A DNA stretch of 37,835 nt from Circinaria calcarea (taxonomy: Eukaryota), in NCBI GenBank assembly GCA_051942165.1, contig JAVECS010000032.1:1-37835 (forward strand), read 5' to 3'. Each line of letters opens with the position of its first letter. Within the stretch, counting starts at the first letter, position 1. Under the pieces are notes generated by a model. That model made no database searches. It saw nothing but the letters and a program-made list of their open reading frames with translations, and was not told the origin of the DNA. Shown here piece by piece: positions 25,975 through 37,158 of the stretch. A program made the translations under genes and the position numbers.

Positions 25975-28797
25975 ATGCCTGCTGTTGTCGACCCTCGTAG
26001 TGACCTGAATTTCGCTGTACAACAGGTTAGAGCTACCTACGCCGAGGATTCGAATCATCTCCACTAACCCTACTGTCGTCAGATCGTACTCTCGCCTTCT
26101 GAGAATGAGTTCTTCGATCAACTCATAACGGCGGTTGGCGATGCCAGTCGAGACGGGAGGGGGCACCAGCTCCTTCAATCCTTGGCCCAGTATTCCGACG
26201 ATCGAGAATTCGAGATCGAGGCAATGTGCAACAGCAACCATCAAGAATTTACCTCATCCGTCAACCAACTGCTCAAAGTCAGGCAGGCTACGGTCAACCT
26301 CACGTCCGAGATTCTGGGCCTGAACGAGTCCATTCAGTCAAGCACTGAGACGCTCGCTCGGCATAAAAAGGCCCTCGTTGAATCTCGTGGAGTGCGACGG
26401 AACATCGACGGCGCCACTCAAGCTCTGCATGACTGTTTAGAGGTACTAAGCCTTGCCAATCAGGTCCATGACCTGTTGGGAAAGAAAAGCCACTATGCCG
26501 CTCTCCGAACGCTCGACGAACTTCAAAATGTTCACCTTCGCGAAGTCACGCAGTACAAGATTGCCGAGATGATGCAGAAATCCGCTCCGGCAACGAAGAG
26601 AATGATAGCTGAAGCCGTCATGACGGATCTCAACACGTGGTTATTCCGAGTGAGGGAGATATCCCAATTCCTGGGCGAATTCGCCTTCTATAACCTTGAA
26701 CAGCGGAGAAACAGGCAGAAGGAAAGGGCAGAAAAATATGAGTACCTTAACAGCTTCAAGTTAAACTCTGCCATCGAGCAGGTCTCCGATGAAATTGTCG
26801 AGTTCGACGTACTTGATAATGATGATATACAAGTCGATTTCACACCTTTATTCGAGTGCCTGCACATTCACAGTGCCCTGGGTCAGCATGAAAAGTTCCG
26901 GTCAGACTACGCTGCTACCCGAAGGCAGCAAAAGGAGCTTTTATTGCCTCCCTCCATTAGCTTGGCTGACCCCGAAGGATCAGACCTCAGTGAGCTACTG
27001 GAAGGGATAGCTGGGTTTGCAATAGTAGAGAAGGCAACGCTGAAGAAAGCACCGGAATTACGTTCCATGGCCGATGTCAGTGATATGTGAAGATCAAGTT
27101 GCTGCTGAAACCCCTGGTTAACGCTCGCAGGTTGACGAGTTATGGGATTCCATGTGCCAGTCAGCAATCGTGCTGATTTCGAAAGCTTTACATGAGGTCG
27201 ATAATGCTGAGCTGCTACTAAAGATCAAGGGCGTGATTGCACTGTTTATTCAAACTATGGAGGTGGATGTTAATCTTCAAGGGTGCCCTTGGATCACTCG
27301 CTGACATACACTACCAGTCTTGGGATTATCCGGTTGGCGCACTGGATGGGTTTCTTCTGACACTTTTTGGGAAATACGCGGAGCTCTTGAAGAGGAGATT
27401 CGGTGACGATTTCCAAGAGGTCCGTCAATCCAATGGAGACATGATCGTCGCTAATCACCAAATCAGATTGTTGCCACAGATGATTATATGCCAATGCCGA
27501 TTAATAATCTGGACGAATACGATAAAGTGGTCAATGTCAGCTGGTACACACCGGCTAAAACGCGCGATCAACTAAGGTACAAATTGCGCAACTCACCTTC
27601 CAGCGGCTTCATGTTGTGACTAATACGAGCCAGGTTTCCATGCGTCCTTCCATTCTCTCAAATGTACCCTTTGTGTTGCATCGATATTCGAAATTTTCTA
27701 AATCAGTTCTATTTCTTCGCGGACGACCATTTCCAACATCCTCGGGTCATCGATGACACTTTGAGACAAGTATGGCGTTCTCCGATATCGGGACTCGAAT
27801 AGTGTTGCTAATACCAGCCTATTAGTCATTGGACGAGTTGCTATTAGAGAATGTATGCCAATCCTTAGTAGAACGTCTCAGCTCGCAATATCTCGGTCAG
27901 ATTGTTCAGATTCTGATAAACCTGGAACATTTCGAAACTGCATGTGGGGAGTTGGAGCAGCTGCTTGTCGACGCGAGATCGTCCAGCTCAAGTGGTGGCA
28001 ACGTCACTCTGAACGTGACAGAGGCGTTTCGCAGCAATAAGAAGACGGCCGAGAAGCGAATTTTTGAGTTGGTCAACTCGAAAATTGACGACTTGATTGA
28101 GACTGCGGAATACGATTGGTACCGCTCCCTTCCCAGATACCATTCTGATTTGGGTCTTCGACAGACTACTAATCTTGGCTCTTTGTACCTGTATAGGACC
28201 GCTCGCACTCTCGAGAAGGAACCTAGTAATTACATGCAGACCTTAACTCAATATCTTTCAAACATTATGAATACGGTACTCCTCGGGTTGCCAACGGAGA
28301 TAAAAGAACTGATATACTTTGATGCCTTAAGTCACGCCGCAAATAAGATTCTGGTAGCACGATCTCTGCCCTTTTTGTTTAGTACGATTGACTGATCGTT
28401 TGCTCCCTAGTCACTGCCGTTATCTCCTGAGGTGAAAAGGATTAACCCTAACGGTGTCGCCGCCCTTGCAAAAGATGTGCAGTATCTCTCGGACTTCGTG
28501 GACACCCTACGAAACCCTGTGCTACAACAGAACTTGGAAGAACTGCAGCAGACGATTGCCCTTATGCAAGCAGAGAAGTCGGATGAGTACTATGATGTCT
28601 CGACTAGGAACAAGAAGTATGGTAGAGTTGATGCTCTGAACGGCCCGTTACTCCTTGAAAAGTATAATTCCGATCAACTCTACCATCTGCTTGTAGCACG
28701 AACAAACTAACGTCGTACCAGACTTACATACACGACCCAGAGCCCCACCAAAGCGGATAAGTTCACCACTTTGTCCTCCCGATTCGGGTATCGTTAA
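25975..28797 (+). CDS. SEC15: Exocyst complex component Sec15, 10 exons
   Basis: MPAVVDPRSDLNFAVQQ|IVLS..EIEAMCNSNHQEFTSSVNQL; VDFTPLFECLHIH; FPCVLPFSQMYPLCCIDIRNF; QIVQILINLEHFE; AEKRIFELVNSKIDDL; TAA 28795-28797. Confidence 0.95.
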
Positions 28798-28975
28798 TGC
28801 CTCCAGATTCTGTGTTTATGCCAATTGCTGGCCAGTGTACTAGTTGGCAGTCTTCCATGACCTTTTATACCATCCTCAAATCGACCTTGGCCCGGCAAAT
28901 GAATAGACATCTTCTTCGGCCAAACTGATCATCGCAGAGGAAGGCGATGTGTTCTTCTCTACTCGCAACCACAGA

Positions 28976-30332
28976 TCAGCCGACTTCATAATCCCGTTCG
29001 CCCTCTGCGTCCGCCTCTCCCTCGCCGCCATCATGTCTCTGGTAGTGGTGTGCTGTGTCCTGCGCCCCGGATGGATCTTGACTTCGTGGACCGACTTGAT
29101 ACATCTGTGGATGAGGTTAGCCTGCGATGCCACGCATGTAATGTTGGGCCCTTGGCCACTCTCAACCCCAGTTCCTAGGTCTAACTATAGAGCTGTTATG
29201 TGGAAGGAACGTGGTTTACCTACCTGTTGGGTGGGCATCTGAGGATACGCATACATCTCCCCGAACATTTGGCTCGGCGGCTGCCCATAGCTGCTCGTGT
29301 GATCCGGTTGTACCTGTGGTGCATACATGCTCGGCGGTGGTCGATAATCTTGTTCTGGTGGCATTGGATTATGTCCCAAGGACGAATAGTCAGGGGGCCC
29401 CATGGGGTGTTGCTGTGGCTGCGGTTGATGGCCAGAATGAGGCTGTTGAACGACGCTGCTATGCGTTGGAGGCAACTGACCACTCGAGGCGGATGACGAC
29501 TGGGCTGCAGCGGAAGAGCTACCACCCTGGCCTCCCGATCGTTTGGCATGGCTCGCGGCCTCTTCCCGAGGTACAATGTCGATGAGGAAATCGAACATGT
29601 CTGATTTAGCAAGTGCGGAAGCAATGTCAGAACGTTGGAGTGTGCGCCGCTTGTTTTCTTCAGCGTGGATCCATGCACGCATTGTCAGTTCCGTAATGAA
29701 AATATCGCAACCTTTGGCAAACAATATAGGTGCTTCAGCAGATATCATTTTGACTTCCGGGTCAGCCTTCATAACCTTTTTTATCCGTGCAAGAGGCAGC
29801 TGGTGAAGCTTGTAGTCATGCGTATCATTCTCGAGATGTGCAATTGTTTGCTGCCAGTATGTCATGAGTATGTCGCGATAGTTGCCGTGCAAGCCTTGGT
29901 TGACCTTCTCCAGTTCCGTCAGTCTCAAAGTCCAGCGGTATTCCATTGCAGTCCGATGCACCCACATTTGCCCACGTCCCTTGATACTGATCCGATCCAG
30001 GAGCGCCGCCTTGTGCCGCGAGCTGTTGTGACCATCAGTGATGCCATTGAGCCAGAGCAAGTCTATCGGGCTGTGTGGAAAACCATGGGTAACATACAGC
30101 AGCACTCGCGCCTGCATTCACCTTCCGAATTAGCCATGTTTCTCGGGTTCGGAAGGGTGACGTCGACAGTGGACGACTTCCTCCCGACTCACGCAGCAAA
30201 GCGGTTCCAGCGATTGCTGAGACATGAGTCGGAGAGAAGTGGGAACGTACCGTAGTGTCCACCATTAGCAGGGTCATACTTCGGCGCATGGGGTGGCTGC
30301 TGGTGTCCGGCCCCTGGCTGTTTATGTTCCAT
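28976..30332 (-). CDS. hapE: CCAAT-binding complex subunit HapE/Hap5 (NF-YC), 5 coding exons
   Basis: [34 protein letters not shown]; histone fold [57 protein letters not shown]; last exon ends [16 protein letters not shown] 28976-28978 (last exon less certain). Confidence 0.94.
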
Positions 30333-30340
30333 GATTCACC

Positions 30341-30740
30341 CTATTTGCAAAAGGTTGGTAAGATGATAGTGAGAAAGTAGGCAGCACACAACGAATAGTA
30401 AACAATTCACGGCATGGGCATCATTCGACGGGCCATGTGGACGAGCTGCGCGACGAGTCGAATGCTGATTGAGGTAGCAAAGGGCGCATGCAGAGGGCTA
30501 GAGCTGATTCTTAACAAAGCTGGCTTGCGCAGATTGTCGCAGATGTCCCAGCGCGACGGCGAGTGCAAGAAAAGTCCCACCAGCAGCCTGTGCGAGGTTG
30601 GTGGGGAGCCACGGTAATGATATCGATCAAGGCGATTGTGTTCCACACCATGATGAGTGATGGCTGAGTAGGCAAACCATTCTGATCCTGGTGCTCATCG
30701 ATGCCTACTGGTATGCACCATGGTGATGCTTAATGCGTAC
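30341..30740 (-). other. Probable 5'-UTR intron of hapE
   Basis: AAG|GTACGC donor at 30740; pyrimidine-rich tract and TAG acceptor 8 nt before ATG 30332; no transcript support. Confidence 0.5.
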
Positions 30741-31793
30741 CTTGTTCTAATAGTGTGCTGCTCGACTATTCGGATGTGGATAGTTTGAGGCAGCTGAAGC
30801 GCAGACGACAGCGAATCAGGCAGCCGGTTGGGTATCGATTCTATCGTTTGTCTGGGGTGGGAGCGCCGGTGTTTGTTGCAGCGAAACAGAGAGCGTCTGG
30901 GAAGCTGCCTAGGAACTAGGAGTCTACTACGGCAGGAGAGGGCCAGATCCGATAGCGTTCTGGTATCTACGGCGATAAGGGCGCGCCTCAGTTGAAGGTG
31001 ATAGGTATGCCTGATCCAGGGCCCGTGGTCAGATCAATTATAGCCAACGGTCCTCGAAAGGCGACAACACCACAATACGGAGCAGATGCCAGCCACTCTC
31101 GCGAGGCAACGTGGAAAGGGAATTGGGAATACTCCCTCGTGTCCGAGCATGGAGAAGGAGTGGGCCAGGGGACAGCAGTAGCGTAGTTGTGGAGGACTTC
31201 GTACATACTATCATTGAATACAGGCTTTGTGATAAGCGCAAGTTGGCGTCCGCCCACTGTGATCTCCTAGCAATGCATATCTCTTAATATTGATTGGGGC
31301 TCTATCCAGTAAGAGTTTGCAGGAACTACTCTAGCTCTCTCTCTCTCTCTGGCCGTGAACAGCTTCACGAAAATATTGCGCCACTCGGTACAGGCCTCGC
31401 TGGCAAACCGTCATCAGGTACTTTCCCCTGGCTATTCCGAGACTGGCCTTTGACACTGCAGGGAGACTTCACGGTTCCACCGGTAGACCGAAGGTGTCCC
31501 TACCTAACTGGGAACGAGTGTAGCGCGCCTAATGCAGTCATCGCCTTCGATGAAGCAATAGGATTACATCTGACCGATGCTCACCATTAATTCCTATGAA
31601 GTATTGACCGTACTATACGAAGTATTCCGTAGGAGAGTTTTTTCAGCGTGAAAAATACCGGACAACCCCACACTACCAAACAGACCAATCAATTTCCGAC
31701 TCTTCCGCCGAACCTACACATTCAGGTGCTCCCGGATTTTCTTTGGCTTCCCCAAGGTGTCTACCTCACCTACCCTTCGTGCCCGATCTTACA

Positions 31794-32788
31794 ATGGTGC
31801 AGCGTGCGGTTACGGCCCGAACTCGGGCACCGGTGCATGAGGTGTTGCAGGACTGTGATTTCACGGATGAGCAAATCAAGCAATTACTACGGAATGCAGA
31901 GACTCGTCTCAAAAGTTCGGAGGATTCGAAGACGGAGGTCATAGGTACTGCAAGCCCTAACTCTATCAATAGTCTTGTTGGGTACGCTGCGTCTTTAACG
32001 CCTTGACGCATCCATCCCTTACATTCTGATGTTCTCAGGTTTCCAAGACTCGATCCTGGGAAAATCACCAAACCCTATGTGGCTTCGCTCGGAGATATCG
32101 CCCGAGCAGATTCCGTTCGACTGCTGGATGAGCAAGCCCGGCAGCTATCGAACATGGCCCGCAGGGTAGAAGATCCCGTCCCTGTCAAGATCAAATTGGG
32201 CGAGGTAAGCCTTGCAATCTCATTCCCTTACCAAACCCATGAGGAAAACTTTCCAATCAACACTTGAAGCAGAACTATTCGGCCCCGTGTTGGGTGTCGC
32301 ACTGCAAGAATGAAAGTATCTAAACATAGTTACTCTGAGGCTAAAGATCATTACCCTATATCTGATTTACAATGCTCGTTTGGAATACTGGCTGATAGGA
32401 TTTAAAGTCAAAGAAGGCCACCGCAGGCGAGGACTGGTTTAATCTCCCACGAACAAATCTCACACCAGAGTTAAAAAGGGATTTTCAACTACTTAGAATG
32501 AGATCTGTATTAGACCCCAAGAGGCATTACAGGAAGGACAACGGGAAAGTGAAAGCCGCCGAGTTCTCGCACGTTGGCACGATTGTAGAAGGTCCCACCG
32601 AGTTTTATAGCTCCAGACTTCTGAAAAGAGATCGCAAAAGCACTTTTGTCGGCGAGATTCTCGCCAGAGAGGCGATGACCCGGCGTTTCGAAAGCAAGTA
32701 CCAGAACATACAAACCAAAAAGATCAGTGGTAAAAAGGCTTTCTACAAGGCGTTGAAAGAAAAGAGATCGAAGGGCATACACAAATGA
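31794..32788 (+). CDS. FCF2: rRNA-processing protein Fcf2, 3 exons
   Basis: TAGEDWFNLPRTNLTPELKRDFQLLRMRSVLDPKRHYRK..VGTIVEGPTEFYSSRLLKRDRK is the Fcf2 domain; ATG 31794. Confidence 0.92.
32236..32341 (+). ncRNA. snR63: Intronic box C/D snoRNA, snR63/U46(SNORD46)-like
   Basis: Inside the 203-nt FCF2 intron 2 (32205-32407): box C ATGAGGA 32239-32245, box D CTGA 32335-32338, preceded by CATAGTTACT complementary to LSU rRNA AGUAACUAUG. Confidence 0.85.
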
Positions 32789-32829
32789 ACGACAGCTATG
32801 CAAGGAATTTCTTAAAAGCCTGGTATCTA

Positions 32830-34100
32830 CTATGAGCGTGTTAGGTCTAGGATAAAGCAACACACTAGTTCCTTCTATTCATCAGCATTATGACAACTGT
32901 AAGGATTGAATACGCTATCACCAACCTGCATGTCCTTGACTGCTTGTCGACTCGCCTCCAATACTTCTTCGTGATTTGCCTTCCCTTTCTCAAGCAATCC
33001 CACTAGGTCTTCACTGCTTGACTGCAGGAAACGGGCATCATCTCCTCTAGGCCCCGTCTCCAGGACTACATTATTGGTTACCAGGCTAAGGGCAAGAATA
33101 CGGATACCACTATGTCGAGCAACAATTATCTCCGGCACAGTAGACATCCCAACGAGATCGGCTCCGAGACTGCGCAGCATACGACATTCTGCCCTGGTCT
33201 CGTAACTACCTCATTAATACCTTCGGCATTTAACATGAGTAACTACTTACCTTGGACCGCCTACAAATGCATATACTCCCTCGTGGAGTTTTCGATTGCT
33301 AGGGCTAGTTTTCGAGGTCATCCATGCCCGATGCGCTCTCGTTCGTAAGTCAAGGTCGTACGCGTCAGACAGTGGAGGAAAGCGAAGACCAAAGTCCTCC
33401 AAATTTGGGCCGCGCAATGGATGCATACCTGCAAGACCGGCAAGATTTAGATGCTGGGCGAGATTGAGCATGACTGAGCCGCAAACCACCATAGTACTTA
33501 CATCGCTCAGCACCACGAGATCACCCACCGCATAATTGGGATTGAGTCCACCGGCCGCATTGGTCACTGTGCATGATCATCAGCAACAGCCAAATACAGC
33601 TATCTAAAGACAGTTGGGCCAGTACCGATCAATATTTCTATGCCAAGCAGTTTAAGAACACGAACGGGAAAAGTGATATCTCGCATTGAGTGGCCTTCAT
33701 AGAAACTGTGGTTACATGAGTTTTTCTTCCACTGTGGCTAGCATGAACGTCATACTGACTGTGCTCTGCCCACCATCAAAACAACCGAACACCTGTTCGG
33801 TCCAAGTAATCCGAAAAGGAGCTTTCCTGCATGGCCTTCAACTGCATGTTGCCAATCAGCCATATACCCTAATGGAACTTGACGGTCCAGATCAATACCG
33901 GTGCTCTTAGGGAAGAAGGGAATGTCTGAATACGGTACTTCCACACGGGGATCAGACACGGCACCGGCAAAACCACCTAGGCCAGATCCACAGATGACAC
34001 CCACTCGAGGTCGTTTGAGTGTATCAGGGATGCTATGTCGTAGAATTTGGACGGCTTCTTGCACTTGCGAAAATAACTGCGCGCCGTTCAGATCATTCAT
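32830..34100 (-). CDS. PNP1: Purine nucleoside phosphorylase, 7 exons
   Basis: [73 protein letters not shown] 32830-32832. Confidence 0.96.
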
Positions 34101-34463
34101 GGTGCCTTACTTTACGCTTAGCGTGTTCTAGTTGCTTCCTATTAATCACCGTCATGGAAGGGAATCTAGGTTATTTTGTGGGCCTCACAAAATAGGTCGT
34201 AGTTGGTACTCGACGGGCATGAGAGGCACAGCAGTAGGTACTAAAGATGCTTACCTCGGTACGAAAGAATGTTGACTGAAATAATGGTGTCTGCTGGACC
34301 AGTGTACGCATTCCTTTGCATATGTCGTAGAGGGGCACGAAAGATGGCGGGTAAATAATAGTCTTATCCTGCTGTCCCGTAGCGCAAGCGCTCGGGTATT
34401 AGGACACATTGTCCAAATGGAAACCATTGAATAACTTAAATTTATTTGAAGCACGAAGGCTTC

Positions 34464-35456
34464 ATGGCTTTGCCTGTTCATATACGTTCGCCCTTTGGTG
34501 TTGCAAAGCTTCTCCAGATTGAGACGGCCAGGAACTCCCCACTGATTGTCCTTTCTCGGCTTCAGGCCAAGTCCAATTCTCAGATTGTCAGTAGAATCGA
34601 CTTCACTACATACTCGTACAATCGGCAAGCTGATCTGCGGCCTACACCGCTACTCCCGTCAGTCTAGCCACCGAAGAGCCGTGACAGTTGTCCATGGCTG
34701 CCCTCGCTGACGTTTTAACAGCCCCGATACCCGGGTGCAGGATCAAATCACCGTGTAGGGTTTCTCGGCCAAACAACTTATTTCGATATTCTGACGTGAC
34801 GATAGAAACCCCTCAAACACACAGTTCGTCTGTGAACCAACCCTACGGCTCCCACGCAGCGTTCAAGCTATTTACCTACGCCCGTTGAAACGACACGCGC
34901 AGTACGGTTTGCCAGCCTGCGATTTGCAGCTACGATCTTACAACGTACGAAATGTCGAATTCTTTGCGGATTTCGCGTTACGTGCCGCGTACTATCTGAA
35001 TCTGCCTGCTGCTGGCCCAATACCACTGCCTCGCATCATTGAGAGATGGACGGTACCGCGGAGTAATTTCGTCCACAAGAAGAGCCAGGAGAACTTTGAG
35101 AGAATCACCATCCGCAGGCTGATTCAAATACAAGACGGCCATCCAGAGACTGTTCAGATATGGCTAGCTTTCCTGAGGAAGCACGCTTATTACGGAGTTG
35201 GTATGAAGGCTAACGTATGGGAGCATGAGAAGCTGGGTTCGTTACCGTGCCTCATTCTCAAGGAGTTGATACTAAAAATCCATTAGGCGTCGGGAAAACA
35301 ATGGATGTAAGCCTGGAGAATTTAAAAAAGGTTTTGAAGCCGAAATGGGCGCATTTTGGGAGGAAGAAAAATATGGACACGTCGGAAAAAGCCATCGAAA
35401 TAATAAATAGCGACCAGTTCCGAAGCACTGCGGATGGCCCATTAAATAGTATATAG
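34464..35456 (+). CDS. RSM10: Mitochondrial small ribosomal subunit protein uS10m, 4 exons
   Basis: RLPRSVQAIYLRPLKR; CDLQLRSYNVRNVEFFADFALRAAYYL; ERWTVPRSNFVHKKSQENFERIT; basic presequence-like N-terminus from ATG 34464. Confidence 0.92.
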
Positions 35457-35648
35457 TGCTTTTAAAAATTCATAATTTATGCATTTCACTATTCTGTTTA
35501 TAAATTGGTGAGAGAACATATATTATTATATAAATATAAATATATTTCTTAATAAAATTCAAGTATAAAATAACCTGCTAATTTAAAATGACTTGCTGAA
35601 ATAAATATATTTGCTGTGTAAAGATAAGCGGTTTAACATACGTTCAAA

Positions 35649-37039
35649 ATGCTCGCCGCAGGTCGACGCATTATAAGGTTCCGCGGCCTATGCAAGAATA
35701 CTAATCAGAAGCTTATTAAGACCGATATTCCTCTTTTTGCGAAATCTGTCAATCTTTGCCATCACTCAAGCTTAACTGGATCGACCAATCCTGTCATTTT
35801 TTCCGGCATCCAACCCACTGGTATACCTCACCTGGGGAATTACCTCGGCGCTTTGCAGCAATGGGTCCGGCTGCAGGATTCTGTTTCGCCATCCACGAAG
35901 TTACTGTTTTCCGTCGTTGACCTCCATGCCATCACCATAAGACAGGAACGTGAACATCTGAGAAAATGGAAAACGAAAACACTGGCAGCTCTACTGGCGG
36001 TCGGTCTAGATCCCAGGAGGTCCACGATCTTCTTTCAATCCGATGTATGCAATCTTCAATATCTCGCACTCCCTCGTGCTGTATGGATACTAACGTTCCG
36101 AAGGTCCCAGCGCACACCGAGTTGATGTGGATCCTAAGCTGTGGCGCATCAATGGGTTCCTTGTCCAGGATGACGCAGTGGAAGGTATGCAGGCATTCCT
36201 ACCCTTCCTCGTGACCTATGTCAATGCTATCATCTGACGGAACCAGAGCAAGATGGCGTTACTAGAGTCGACAACTCCGTTCGGGGAAACCTCAAAGGCG
36301 GGGCTAAAATTGGGCCTCTTTTCCTATCCCGTCCTACAGGCAGCAGATATACTGGTACATGGGTATGGAGGTAATCCTCAGGTATCACGGCTGGTCTCAT
36401 ATCATCTAGGGCTACCCATGTGCCTGTGGGAGAGGACCAAGTGCAGCACTTGGAATTTGCACGTGAATGCGCCGAAAGATACAACAATACGTATGGGGAA
36501 ACTATACTAGTACCACCTGCGGCTATACTCTGTATGTCCGGCACTCCACTATCACAAAATATTTTGACTGACAAACCATAGCTCCTGCGCGTCGAATTAT
36601 GTCGCTCAAAGAGCCATTATTAAAGATGTCCAAGTCCCACGACGATTCCCGGTCAAGAATTTTGCTTGGAGATAGTCCGGAAGACATCCGGGAAAAAGTA
36701 AAGCAGGCGCTAACAGATTCGATACCTGGGATCTCTTACGATCCGGCAGGACGTCCGGGTGTTTCTAATCTACTTGAAATCCTTAGATACCTTACCGAAG
36801 ATGGGAGGAGTTGCGAAGACATTGCCGCAGAATGTGGGACACTGAGCCTGCGAGCGTTCAAAGAATATCTCGCGGACAATATAATAGAAAGACTGGCTGG
36901 TTTTAGATCTGAGTTCCTTCGCTTGACACAGGGTGAAAATAAGAAGAATCTCAAAGACCTAGCGATGGCAGGAGCGGAGGAGGCGCGTACGAATGCTGAT
37001 GAGACAATGGTTCGTGTACGAGAAGCAATGGGGCTTTAG
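35649..37039 (+). CDS. MSW1: Mitochondrial tryptophanyl-tRNA synthetase, 5 exons
   Basis: FSGIQPTGIPHLGNYLGAL (HIGH-like); RMTQWK; GLFSYPVLQAADIL; VPVGEDQVQHLE; KMSKS; RPGVSNLL; Arg-rich presequence. Confidence 0.96.
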
Positions 37040-37158
37040 CCTCCAGATTCAAATACGGAGCTCTGTATTTATATACATATAGCATGTTGTCAAGCATTGA
37101 GTGTAAGCGGCATATAGAATATCGGCGAATTACTACTTTGCCCCCTGAGGGTGCAATT

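Noticed and set aside
29200..30255. Stacked antisense and alternative-frame ORFs over hapE (similar over TUP1, HSH49, MEI2)
   Set aside because: Shadow ORFs of GC-rich coding exons without independent motifs.
30650..30685. + strand ATGATGA...CTGA box pair
   Set aside because: Only about 36 nt span and antisense to the host transcript; too short for a C/D snoRNA.
304..37039. Premature in-frame stops needing A-to-I editing or readthrough
   Set aside because: Every gene could be spliced into an uninterrupted frame.
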